Virus record (IMG/VR): IMGVR_UViG_3300034104_005543
Coordinates: 32,001 to 96,000 of that record
From: a virus
Taxonomy: Duplodnaviria > Caudoviricetes
DNA length: 64,000 nt
Direction: 5' to 3' (one strand)
The stretch's first letter is position 1, and each line of letters begins with the position of its first letter. Shown here one piece after another: positions 26,772-36,939 of this stretch. The notes under the pieces are model-generated. The model made no database searches. It was not told where the DNA came from and saw only the letters and a program-made list of their open reading frames with translations. The position numbers and the translations under genes were made by a program.

Positions 26772-29651
26772 ATGGCTACTTTTATTCCTGGCGTAACTGA
26801 TTATATACCTCAGTTTCAGAACGATATACCAGATTTAGGGTTAATTCAACAGACTCTTAAAATTAAACAATCACAGTACGATGCTAATTATGCTAAAATA
26901 AAAAGCATACAGGATGGTATATTAAATGCGCAACTTACTAGAGATGATACTAAAGAAACTAGAAAAGCGTTTTTTGAAGCTGCTAATAAAGCAATCAAAC
27001 AAATTTCTACTGTAGATCTTAGTAAAGCTCAAAATGTTTCAGTAGCAGAAAGAATATTTGACCCGCTTATTAACAATCAACTTTTTATAGCAGATGCATC
27101 TAAAACTAAGATAGTAATGGCAGAATTACAAAAGGGTCAAGCTGCAAGAGATTGCACTGACCCTAAAAAGTGTAACGATGGTTATAATCCAGAAAGCGAT
27201 GAAGCACTAAATTATTGGTTAGAGAATTTTAAGAACATGACTCCTGATGAAGCACTTAAAGCAAATCCTAGAAGATATGTATATGATCCTAAGATAAGTA
27301 AAAGACTTACTGACCTTATTAAAGAAATAGAACCTAGCGCTACTATTACTGAAGTTCAAGGACAATGGATTGTAAAAACTAAAATGGGAGACCAAGTTCA
27401 AGCTCATCTAAATAGTATTTTACATAATGCTGTTGCTACAGATCCTCAAGTAGGTGAATACATGAGAAATAAAGCTTATGTTCAAAGAGAAAGGTTTATA
27501 AGAAGTTCAGGTTTACCAAGAGAACAAGCTGACGCAAACTATAATAACGAAATTTTAACAACTGTAGAAAAACAAAACACAGAAGATTTAAATAATATTA
27601 ATAAGTCTATAGAAGAAATACAGTTTAAAGGTAAAAAACTTGTTGAAGCATCTGGTGGTAAAGTACCTACTAATAGTAGCATTCTTCAAAGAATTGAACA
27701 GTTTGGTCAAATAATTCAAATGCTTGAAGCTAATAAAAAAAGTATTGAAGAAAGACAACAAGATTTTGAATTATTTAGACAAAATGCTAATTCTTCTAGA
27801 ATTGACGATCAAGTAGCATCAACATTATTAAGCAATCAAATAGGTTCTTTTGCTAAATCTTATAGTGCTCTTAAAAAAGAAGTTGATATTGAAGCTAATC
27901 CATATGCTGTAAATGAGCAAAAGTTTAATTACGATGTTGCTATAGAAAAAATGCGAGCTGAAAATGATAAAAATAATATTATTCTAAGAGCTCGCATGGA
28001 TATGGCTAAAGAGCAATTTAAATTTAATCTTGAAAATACTGCAAATATACCTGGTGTTACCCCTGAAGGAGGAGTACAGCTTATAAGTCAAGGTGAAAGT
28101 GCTACAAGACCTATAGATAAAATTGGAAAACATAATACGGACCAAGCTTTAGCATATGCAAGTCAGGCTCAAAAAGGACAAAAAGATTATTTGGTAAAAT
28201 TATATAGAAGTTTAAGTGTTGCTGATAGGAATAAACTATTTAAAAAACCAAATGGTGATCCTTATACAGTAGAAGAATTACAAAACTTAGACCCTAAAAC
28301 TTTACAAGAAACATCTAAAGGTAATGTTTCTCAACTAAGTCTTTTATATAGAACTGTAACAGGAGCTATAAGTAAAACACCTCCTACTACACTACCTCAA
28401 ATTCAAGGAGAACTAGCTGCATTACAAACTTCTATTAATTTAAATGAAACAGCATCTAAAGAAGCAATAAATGCTTTTAACAGTAATAAAGAATCAGTTA
28501 ATTTAAATCTAAATAAAAATCCTGATTTTGTAGGGTTAATGCAAACTATAATGAAAGGTAATGATCCTGAATTAAAAAAGTTATTTAGAATAAAAGATGG
28601 AAAAATAGATGTAGACGACTATAAATTATATCAACTTATATTAAAAGAAAGAGATCCTGCTCTTTTTTTAGCAAGTCAAAAAGTAACAATGTCTGGTGTG
28701 AATCCTATGGGAGGTATAGGAGTTGGTTTTGGTGCTGTAAAAGCCTCTGAGCGATTACAACTGTTAGAAAATTTAGAACAAGTTATAAGTAAAGCTAAAG
28801 ATGATACCTATAAATCTAATTCTAGCCAATTAAAAATAGTAGGTGCTAATTTAGATTTAGATCAATTAGGCAACCCTATAATATCATACCCTGCTATAGG
28901 AATTCCTACAACAGTTAGTAGTACGGATAATACAGCTGAGAAAAAAACAGCTCTTTCTATGCTTAACAGTTTAGATTATGTAGCTACTACAGAACCCGAA
29001 AGTAAAATAAAGTTTTATTATCCCGATGGAAATAAATATCAAGAACTTGAAGTTGGTGCCAATGTTATAGCTCAATTAAAAGCAGGGTTTTCAAATCCTC
29101 AAAAAAGTAATGTACTGCAAATCAATAGTATTGAAAGAAGCGAAAATCTTACATACAAAAAAGAATATGATGATTCTAAAGTACTTTATAAAATAAATAT
29201 TGCTCCTACTACAGCAGAAGCTATAGCAAAAACGACAGGAAAAACTGTACAAGAAGTTTCTCAAATTATTGTAGAAGTAGATAAAAATTCAGATAGAAGT
29301 AATTTTGTAAATGCTAGTTCTAATTTTAACGCTGCAAATACTATACTCAAAGGAGGAGGAAAAATAACTCAAACAATTGATGATCCTATTTCAGGAGATA
29401 AATATGAATTAAATATTTTTAGAGCAGAAGATGGTCAGATTTACAGTTATCTTAATTACAATGATGTTTTTAATGGTAATAGTTATTTACCTATAGGTAG
29501 TCTCGACCCTGAAGAATATATATTACAAGGTGTTCAAAGTATTAGTTCAGGTATAGCTACTAAGAATAATAAAGTAGCAAATGAAAATCAAAATTTACAA
29601 ACAAATTTTGTTTCAAAAACAGAGTTGTATAATTTACTAGGAATTAAATAA
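26772..29651 (+). CDS. putative ejection (DNA delivery) protein
   Basis: 959 aa, helical/coiled coil; PDLGLIQQTLKIKQSQYD N-terminus and EANPYA motif; directly precedes the giant proteins. Confidence 0.5.
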   Translation: MATFIPGVTDYIPQFQNDIPDLGLIQQTLKIKQSQYDANYAKIKSIQDGILNAQLTRDDTKETRKAFFEAANKAIKQISTVDLSKAQNVSVAERIFDPLINNQLFIADASKTKIVMAELQKGQAARDCTDPKKCNDGYNPESDEALNYWLENFKNMTPDEALKANPRRYVYDPKISKRLTDLIKEIEPSATITEVQGQWIVKTKMGDQVQAHLNSILHNAVATDPQVGEYMRNKAYVQRERFIRSSGLPREQADANYNNEILTTVEKQNTEDLNNINKSIEEIQFKGKKLVEASGGKVPTNSSILQRIEQFGQIIQMLEANKKSIEERQQDFELFRQNANSSRIDDQVASTLLSNQIGSFAKSYSALKKEVDIEANPYAVNEQKFNYDVAIEKMRAENDKNNIILRARMDMAKEQFKFNLENTANIPGVTPEGGVQLISQGESATRPIDKIGKHNTDQALAYASQAQKGQKDYLVKLYRSLSVADRNKLFKKPNGDPYTVEELQNLDPKTLQETSKGNVSQLSLLYRTVTGAISKTPPTTLPQIQGELAALQTSINLNETASKEAINAFNSNKESVNLNLNKNPDFVGLMQTIMKGNDPELKKLFRIKDGKIDVDDYKLYQLILKERDPALFLASQKVTMSGVNPMGGIGVGFGAVKASERLQLLENLEQVISKAKDDTYKSNSSQLKIVGANLDLDQLGNPIISYPAIGIPTTVSSTDNTAEKKTALSMLNSLDYVATTEPESKIKFYYPDGNKYQELEVGANVIAQLKAGFSNPQKSNVLQINSIERSENLTYKKEYDDSKVLYKINIAPTTAEAIAKTTGKTVQEVSQIIVEVDKNSDRSNFVNASSNFNAANTILKGGGKITQTIDDPISGDKYELNIFRAEDGQIYSYLNYNDVFNGNSYLPIGSLDPEEYILQGVQSISSGIATKNNKVANENQNLQTNFVSKTELYNLLGIK

Positions 29652-32600
29652 TGGATAATTTTAGCGATTTACAAAAAGATATAGATTCTGCTATATATAG
29701 CGCTTATCAATTTGGTAATGTAACGGGCGCTCCACAGAATACTACTTTTAATGGAGATGTTGCAGCTCAGATGTTAAAAGAAAACATTAAGACTACACCG
29801 TCTTTAGTTTCTACATCAGGAGGTGTTCCTTCAGTATATGGTGACTCTCAAATGAATCTAACATTTGAAAGGTACTATATGCACCCTAATTTTAGCAGAT
29901 TAGGTTATTCACCTTGGAGAGATAACGATAGACTATATAATGAGAATAGTTCTTGGTTAGATAATACTAGTAGATCTATTAAAGCAATGGGTCATATAGC
30001 AATGGAATCGTTTGGTTCTAATAAACCTTTCATTTCTACTTTAGATTTATTTGATCCTTTAAACTATGACGAAGAATCAGCAGGTTCTATATCCAGAATG
30101 ATGAAATTAGGATATGACACTAGTGGTGGTCTAGGAGCATTTACTAATAACTTTTTATTAAATAGTGGTATTACTCTTGGTATAACAGCAAGTGCTCTTG
30201 TAGAAGAAGCTGTTATAGCAGGTGCTTCAGCTCTTATGGCAAAAACAGGTGTAGGAATTCCTGCAGCTGTAGGTACTTTAGGTGTAGGTACTGCAGCTAC
30301 TATAGGTAAGTTTGCTAGAAACATAGGTAAAGTATTTAATGCTAATGACCTTGTTTTTAAATTAGCACGTAACACAGATGAACTAAAGCAAGTATATGAC
30401 TTCAGTAAAATGGGTCGTGCTTTAGATAATAAAGTAGTTGATTTTTTTAACCCTCTTTCTAATACAGCAAAACTATTAAAAGAATACCCTGAGACTTTTA
30501 AAGGATTAAACGCTCTTGGTAAAACAGCTACTTCTTTTGGTGCTTTTTATGCAGATGCAAGAGCAGCTGCTAGAGTTCTTAATGAAGCTCAAATGGAAGG
30601 AGGACTAGTTCTTAATCAAATGGTTGAGGATGGAATACGAAAAGAGTATGATGCTACAGGACAGTATCCAACAGAAGAAAAGATAGCAGGTATTAAAGAA
30701 GCAGCTCAAAATGCAGCGTTTGCTACTACGATGATAAATCTACCTCTTATTTTCTTTTCTAATAAAGTAGGGTTAGATAATATCATAAAAAATCTACCTA
30801 AAGGTAAAAATCTAATAAGTGCTTTAGATGATGTTAAACAGTTTGGTAGTTTTAGTAAAATAAAAGGTCAAGGTTATAAGTATCTTACTTCACCTTTACA
30901 AAAAATATCAGCCGGTGCTAGACCTGTTGAAATAGCAAAATCATTTCTTAACTACACTCGATACAATTTTTCAGAAGCAATTCAAGAAAATCTACAGGAA
31001 GCAACTAGTGCTGGAGTTATAAACTACTATAAAAAGTTGTTTGAGAATCCTATGATAGACCAACATATGCTTTTAAAAGAATCTGTTGCTTTAGGTATAG
31101 GAGAACAATTTACTGGACAAGGTTTAGAAACTTTCTTTAGTGGATTTTTAACAGGGGGTTTGATGGGAGGCATGGGTAAAATAGCAAATCTGGGTATAAA
31201 TGTAGGTCAAAGAATATACGATCCTGTAGCTTTTAAAGACTATCAAGATGAAAAGAAAAAGTTAAAAGAAGAACTTGAAGAATCAGCTAATTACCTTGAC
31301 AAAAACTTTTTAGACTTAGGTAGAGGTCCTATTGACATGATCAATCCTAATGCTGTCAATGCAGCTCAACAAAGTGCTGCTAGTAAAACAATGAATGCTT
31401 CTAATCAAACAGGAAATGTTAAAGTATCCAAAGATGCTCAACGACTATCTTTGTTTGAACATGTATCTAATGCTATTAAAGGAGGTTTTTATAACAATAT
31501 TATAGATGATTACAAAAGTCAACTTGCTGTAGATGACAAAACATTAGCTGAAGCTTTTGGTAGAGATATTACAGAAGTACCTAAATTAAGATCTGATATT
31601 TCTAATGCAATTGCTGACGCTGAAAATATTAAAAAATTACACGATAAATATAATTTTGGTAATCCTGTAAATCTTAAAAGTGTTTCTAAAGACGATCCTA
31701 AATATAGACAATTATTAGCAAGATATAATGCATTTGAGACTGTACGAAAAATGCTTATAATGTCTGAAGATACTATCAAAGATGGTGCTTACAGAATGAA
31801 TAAAATTACAGAGTCTTTGATGACTTTATTACCAGAGTTTGGAGAACTAGATTCTGATGATATTTTAACACTAGTAGATACATTTAGATTAGAAGCATAT
31901 AAGTTTGATCAGATTAAGCAAGAACTAGAATTAGCAAAAAGCACTCAAAGTTCTCCTAGTACTACTCCTGAAGATAGAGAAAAAGCTAGAATTAAAGAAC
32001 AATATATTAGTCGGAAATTAATTGCTTTAACAGATTTGCATACTAAACTAAAATCTTTTAGAAGTAAGAAAAAGACCAATACAGAATTTACCGACGATGA
32101 AAGAAGTGCATTGTCTGGTGCATATAACGCATATATTAGTGTACTAAACCAAAATCCAGAAAGAAAAAGTTCTGTTGTTACTACAACAAATCTAGATGAA
32201 TCATTAAATTATATACTAGATTATATATCTTTAGAATCTGAAAATGAATTACTTACTAGTATAATTTCAGTTTTACAAGACCCTCAAGGTTTTGCTACTA
32301 CAGTAAATGATACTACAAACTACCTAGAACAAATACTAAATGATACAAGCTTTGTATCTAAAATGGTTAACCGAGGTGTTAGTCTTTTAGAACACAATGC
32401 TATATACAACTTTATGTTTACAAAGTTTGGTGTATATGTAAAAGAATATGAAGATGGTAGTGTTGCATTTGAAAGACCTAGTGCTAATGTAGTAGACGCA
32501 CTTATTCCTGTAGATCCTTTGTCAGAAGAATATGAAGAAATGCTTAACGCATTTTTTGATAAAAAAGAAGCGTTATCTAAAATAGATGCTACTACAGAAA

Positions 32601-35600
32601 AGATTAAAAAGACAAAAAAAGTTCAAGCAGATAGAGTTGCTAAAGATAAAAGAGATTTTGAAACTATAAAAGCTGCACTTAAAAAAGAAGATCCTTCTTT
32701 ATCTGATGAAGCATTAGATAGAAAAAGTCGTTTTATTTTAATGATCCCTCAATTGCGAGATTTGTACATACAAGATTCAGTCCTTGATGGTTTAGCTCAA
32801 AATATTGAAGATGCAGCATCTACTCCTACAACAAAAGAAGAAGTAGAAGAAGCATTAAAATTACTAGAAGCCGCTAAATTTATAATAGTAGAAGACCCTG
32901 ATACTGGTACCTCTTATTATGTACAGGTAGATGAAGAGGGTAATCCTTTAGAAGAAAGTTTAGAGTGGAAACGAGTAACAAGTCTTTATAAAACTAAAGA
33001 GTTTGGTGGAACAAAGAAGTTTACACATAGAGGTAATATTATAGATGGACTTTTAAGAGCTCTTATTGGAGATAAAAGTTTAACTAAAGAACAGTTTAAA
33101 GAAGCTTATGTAGAATTACAAAAAGAAAACCCAGAAGCTTTTGAATTTACTGATGATAATCTTACAACTTTAAGAAGTACTCTTGATAATTTTATAGCTA
33201 GTATTGAGTCCCAGGGTTACACTCTTAGAGCTAATATACCTACTCTTTGGGGTACAATAGACGGGCAAAATGTTGCTGGTACTATGGACATAATTGCAGT
33301 CAATGATAAAGGTGAAACTTTATTAATAGACCTCAAAACTTCTAGTTCTAATAGAAGAAAAGCGTATGCTATGGAAGCAGCTCTTAAAAAAGCAGCTGGT
33401 AATAAATACAATTTAGTAAAAGAAAAAATAATAGCTAATGGTAACAAAATTAAAGGTGATGTAAGTAAAGGTGAAAAAAACCTACTTAATGATTCTGAAA
33501 TAGGTGATATATTAAATAACTTTCTTTCAATAGAAGATGACAGTAAAATTAAACCATACGTTGATGTAAACGCAATCTTCTTCTATAAAGATTCTGACGA
33601 AAATCAGTTAAATGCTTATGCTGATTTGTTAGAACAAAGAACAGGTATAAAAGTATCAGGGTTATTTGTGTTACCTTTAACTATACAGGATAACAACAAT
33701 AATAAAACCTATACTAAAATAGAAGCAGCTACAGAAAAAATTAATAATAAAGACAGATATGCTCTTAAAGTAAGTAGAAAACAACCTATTGCACCTAAAA
33801 TAGAAACTACAGAAACACCAAAAACTGAAGAAAAAGAAGTAGTAGAAGAAGAAACTCTAGAAGAAGAACCCTTAACAGAAGAAGAGATTAAGCTTAGAGA
33901 TGAAAGAGTAGAGCTTATAAACAAAACAATAGGATTACTTGAAAAAAGGAAAGAGAAAGGAGTACAAAGTATTACAAATGTTGAAAACACATTAGAATAT
34001 TTAAAAGAACTATTAGATGAAACTTCTGAATTAAGTTTTGAAGAAGTTAAAAAAATACTTAACACTATTAAAACTCTTGAAGAAGCAATATCATCTAATT
34101 CTGCTAGAAAATCAAAAAGAGGACAAGCTATATCTTTAAGTATAGAAGAATACAAAAAACAGTTTAGAACTGAAAAGCAGTTGTTCAATGATATAGCTAA
34201 TAGAATTAAATATCTTAAAGAAGATTTGCAACAACTTAAGCAAATTGATAAAGATCTATCTGATCAAATTAACTATTATAGAAATATGATAGCTAATAAA
34301 GACTTTAAAACTTTAAGTTTTGAGGAGATAGAAGAAAAGATTGAGATTATTAACAAGAAAAAATCTGTATTAGAAAAAATAATAGCTAGTTTACTTAGAG
34401 TAATAAAGCAATCCGTTTTTTATCTAAAAGAGTACGTTAAAATCACAACTAAGTCTATCAATGATTTAGAAATATTTAAAAAGAACACTAACTTCAAAAG
34501 ATTAAATACTGAAGAACTAAAAAAGTTAATCGATGCAGAAGATTCTTCTGCTACAACAGAATACGACAAATTAAGGAAACAAGCTGACGAACTTGAAAAA
34601 GCTATAGAAAACAATCTAGATTCTATAGAAATAGTAGAAGGCGCAAAACAAAAAGAACAAGAACGTCTTGATGATTTGTATAATGTTGTACAAAAATACA
34701 ATAATCAGCTACGGTACCTTAACAATCTACTTACAGTATTGTATCCCGATTTAGCTAAAATCAAATTAGAAAAAGCAACTGCTGGTAAAACTGCAAAAGA
34801 ACAAGTTGCTCCTGGAGTTAAAAAAGCACCTGCACCGACTGCTAAACCTAGTCCTCAAAAAACAGAAGCTAGATTAGAAGACGCTAAAAAAGAAAAAGCA
34901 AAAGCTGAAAAACGTACTACTAAACCTAAAAAAGAAAAACCTACTACTACACCTACAGCTCAACCTACTGTTTCTGATAAGAAAGCTGATGTAAAAGGAA
35001 ATTTAGCATCACAAGGTACTTCTATAGAACTAGAAGTAATAGGTGAAACTGGTAAAGAGTTTTTACTTACTGTAGATAGAAGTGGTAACATTAGCTTATG
35101 GTCTGAAAAACAACCTGATGGTACTTATAGACCTGGAGAAGGCGCACCAAAAGAAGCAATAGATAAACTGTATAATAAATACATACCTGAAAAAACAAGA
35201 ATAGCTATAACTAATTGGTTAAATGCGTTCACTGGTTCTTGGGCTGCATCAGAAACAGAAGATGGTAAAAAATATGATATAGCTGAAAAAGAACTTAATG
35301 CAGAACTAGCTGCTTTAGAAGGTACTGGTATAGAAGAAACTGATACTACAACTAATACTTCTAATATAGGACCTGTATCGTCTATAAAACTAGATACTGT
35401 CTATCCTATATACAAAGACAATAAACAGGTAGGTTCTGTAGTTTTGCAAAGTGTTAACGGAATACCCGCGTTTGTTTTTACTAATAGTAAAGGTCAAGTA
35501 AGTACTCCTTCAGTAATAACAACCTTGTCAAATAATTTCTTTAATGCTAATGAAGGTTTGTTTGAACATTGGTATAATAATATTCTTACTGATGATAACC

Positions 35601-36919
35601 GTCAGTCAGTGTCGTTGTATAAAATGGCAACTACTGCATCCCAAAAAGATTTGTTTGTAGCTATTTACGGTATAAGTAAAACTGTGTTTAACAAAAATAT
35701 AGATTTACTAGAAGATGCTGTATCTACTAATGAAGATATATTAGATACTTTTAAAGGTAAACTTATATATGGTACTCCTGGAGTAGGAAAAACACAATTT
35801 ATAACTGAATACAACGCTCGTCCTGAAAGTCAAAGAAAACATACTCTTATAGATGTAGATGATTTACTAGTAGCTAGATTACAAGAACTTAATGCTAAAT
35901 TAGGTTTTGCTGGAGATTTAGAGTTTACAAACGAAAACTTATTTGCTATTATAAACAAGTTTGGGAAAACATTTGGTACTACAGAACGTACTAAAGAACT
36001 AGATAATCTTCTGTACAACCCGGTATTAGAAATCATAAAAAGTGAAAAAGCAAAAGGTTCTATCCTACTAACAGGAACAAAAAGATTTATAAAAGAAGCT
36101 GATATTGCTGTACTTAGTGAAGAACGTAGTAATATATTACGCGATAGGATAGTAACGGGTGAAGGAGATGTAAAAAAATACCTTGAAGCTGAAAACAGAT
36201 TTACTAAACAAGTAATAATACTAAAACAGGGACAACCATTCAGCGATGTATTAGTTAAAGGTATTGACGCAGTAGAAGCAGATGCTGCATTTAGACAACT
36301 AAAGCGTAATCTTTTTAATAGAATGATTTTTGATGACTTTACTTTAGTTAAACTTATTACAGAATTAAGTAAAGTAAATCTTAGTGAGCTTAATTCAAAC
36401 CAACTTGTAGATCTTTTCAATACAATAATAACTAAAGAATCTCCTTTTTATTCTGAGATTATAAGTTTAGATGGTAATATTGACGAAAAAAGTAAGGAAT
36501 TATTTAATTACTTCAAAACTTTTTACAATTCTAACGAGACTTCTGTTACAGATCGGAGTGTATTACTTAGAAAAATAATAGATGTTTTAAGTAACATTGC
36601 TCCTAACAGTATATCAATTACAGATTTAAATAATCCACTATCTAATTTTGCAGTACTTAGCTCTGTAAACGGAGACAATATAGAATATAATGTATTTTCT
36701 AGTATTGGTGCTGAACCTCAACTAAAATCACAGTCTATTTCTACTTTTGTAACAGCAGTCTCTAAAAACAGAAGTAAGATAATATCTTTTAGAGAAACAG
36801 TTCAAGGCGAAACTGAAAAGATTGATTCACCAGAAGCCGTAGGTAAAAATATAAACAACCTACCTAAACTTGATGAAAAAGATATCTTTAACAAACCTTG
36901 TGGACCTATTAATACTTAA
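29651..36919 (+). CDS. giant polyvalent ejection protein with PD-(D/E)XK nuclease and P-loop domains
   Basis: 2422 aa; hydrophobic Gly/Ala segments near 30160-30310; GTMDIIAV...LIDLKTS and QLNAY at 33278-33620; GTPGVGKT at 35771-35794; coiled coils. Confidence 0.65.
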   Translation: MDNFSDLQKDIDSAIYSAYQFGNVTGAPQNTTFNGDVAAQMLKENIKTTPSLVSTSGGVPSVYGDSQMNLTFERYYMHPNFSRLGYSPWRDNDRLYNENSSWLDNTSRSIKAMGHIAMESFGSNKPFISTLDLFDPLNYDEESAGSISRMMKLGYDTSGGLGAFTNNFLLNSGITLGITASALVEEAVIAGASALMAKTGVGIPAAVGTLGVGTAATIGKFARNIGKVFNANDLVFKLARNTDELKQVYDFSKMGRALDNKVVDFFNPLSNTAKLLKEYPETFKGLNALGKTATSFGAFYADARAAARVLNEAQMEGGLVLNQMVEDGIRKEYDATGQYPTEEKIAGIKEAAQNAAFATTMINLPLIFFSNKVGLDNIIKNLPKGKNLISALDDVKQFGSFSKIKGQGYKYLTSPLQKISAGARPVEIAKSFLNYTRYNFSEAIQENLQEATSAGVINYYKKLFENPMIDQHMLLKESVALGIGEQFTGQGLETFFSGFLTGGLMGGMGKIANLGINVGQRIYDPVAFKDYQDEKKKLKEELEESANYLDKNFLDLGRGPIDMINPNAVNAAQQSAASKTMNASNQTGNVKVSKDAQRLSLFEHVSNAIKGGFYNNIIDDYKSQLAVDDKTLAEAFGRDITEVPKLRSDISNAIADAENIKKLHDKYNFGNPVNLKSVSKDDPKYRQLLARYNAFETVRKMLIMSEDTIKDGAYRMNKITESLMTLLPEFGELDSDDILTLVDTFRLEAYKFDQIKQELELAKSTQSSPSTTPEDREKARIKEQYISRKLIALTDLHTKLKSFRSKKKTNTEFTDDERSALSGAYNAYISVLNQNPERKSSVVTTTNLDESLNYILDYISLESENELLTSIISVLQDPQGFATTVNDTTNYLEQILNDTSFVSKMVNRGVSLLEHNAIYNFMFTKFGVYVKEYEDGSVAFERPSANVVDALIPVDPLSEEYEEMLNAFFDKKEALSKIDATTEKIKKTKKVQADRVAKDKRDFETIKAALKKEDPSLSDEALDRKSRFILMIPQLRDLYIQDSVLDGLAQNIEDAASTPTTKEEVEEALKLLEAAKFIIVEDPDTGTSYYVQVDEEGNPLEESLEWKRVTSLYKTKEFGGTKKFTHRGNIIDGLLRALIGDKSLTKEQFKEAYVELQKENPEAFEFTDDNLTTLRSTLDNFIASIESQGYTLRANIPTLWGTIDGQNVAGTMDIIAVNDKGETLLIDLKTSSSNRRKAYAMEAALKKAAGNKYNLVKEKIIANGNKIKGDVSKGEKNLLNDSEIGDILNNFLSIEDDSKIKPYVDVNAIFFYKDSDENQLNAYADLLEQRTGIKVSGLFVLPLTIQDNNNNKTYTKIEAATEKINNKDRYALKVSRKQPIAPKIETTETPKTEEKEVVEEETLEEEPLTEEEIKLRDERVELINKTIGLLEKRKEKGVQSITNVENTLEYLKELLDETSELSFEEVKKILNTIKTLEEAISSNSARKSKRGQAISLSIEEYKKQFRTEKQLFNDIANRIKYLKEDLQQLKQIDKDLSDQINYYRNMIANKDFKTLSFEEIEEKIEIINKKKSVLEKIIASLLRVIKQSVFYLKEYVKITTKSINDLEIFKKNTNFKRLNTEELKKLIDAEDSSATTEYDKLRKQADELEKAIENNLDSIEIVEGAKQKEQERLDDLYNVVQKYNNQLRYLNNLLTVLYPDLAKIKLEKATAGKTAKEQVAPGVKKAPAPTAKPSPQKTEARLEDAKKEKAKAEKRTTKPKKEKPTTTPTAQPTVSDKKADVKGNLASQGTSIELEVIGETGKEFLLTVDRSGNISLWSEKQPDGTYRPGEGAPKEAIDKLYNKYIPEKTRIAITNWLNAFTGSWAASETEDGKKYDIAEKELNAELAALEGTGIEETDTTTNTSNIGPVSSIKLDTVYPIYKDNKQVGSVVLQSVNGIPAFVFTNSKGQVSTPSVITTLSNNFFNANEGLFEHWYNNILTDDNRQSVSLYKMATTASQKDLFVAIYGISKTVFNKNIDLLEDAVSTNEDILDTFKGKLIYGTPGVGKTQFITEYNARPESQRKHTLIDVDDLLVARLQELNAKLGFAGDLEFTNENLFAIINKFGKTFGTTERTKELDNLLYNPVLEIIKSEKAKGSILLTGTKRFIKEADIAVLSEERSNILRDRIVTGEGDVKKYLEAENRFTKQVIILKQGQPFSDVLVKGIDAVEADAAFRQLKRNLFNRMIFDDFTLVKLITELSKVNLSELNSNQLVDLFNTIITKESPFYSEIISLDGNIDEKSKELFNYFKTFYNSNETSVTDRSVLLRKIIDVLSNIAPNSISITDLNNPLSNFAVLSSVNGDNIEYNVFSSIGAEPQLKSQSISTFVTAVSKNRSKIISFRETVQGETEKIDSPEAVGKNINNLPKLDEKDIFNKPCGPINT

Positions 36920-36939
36920 AATTTTACTATATTTACCTT

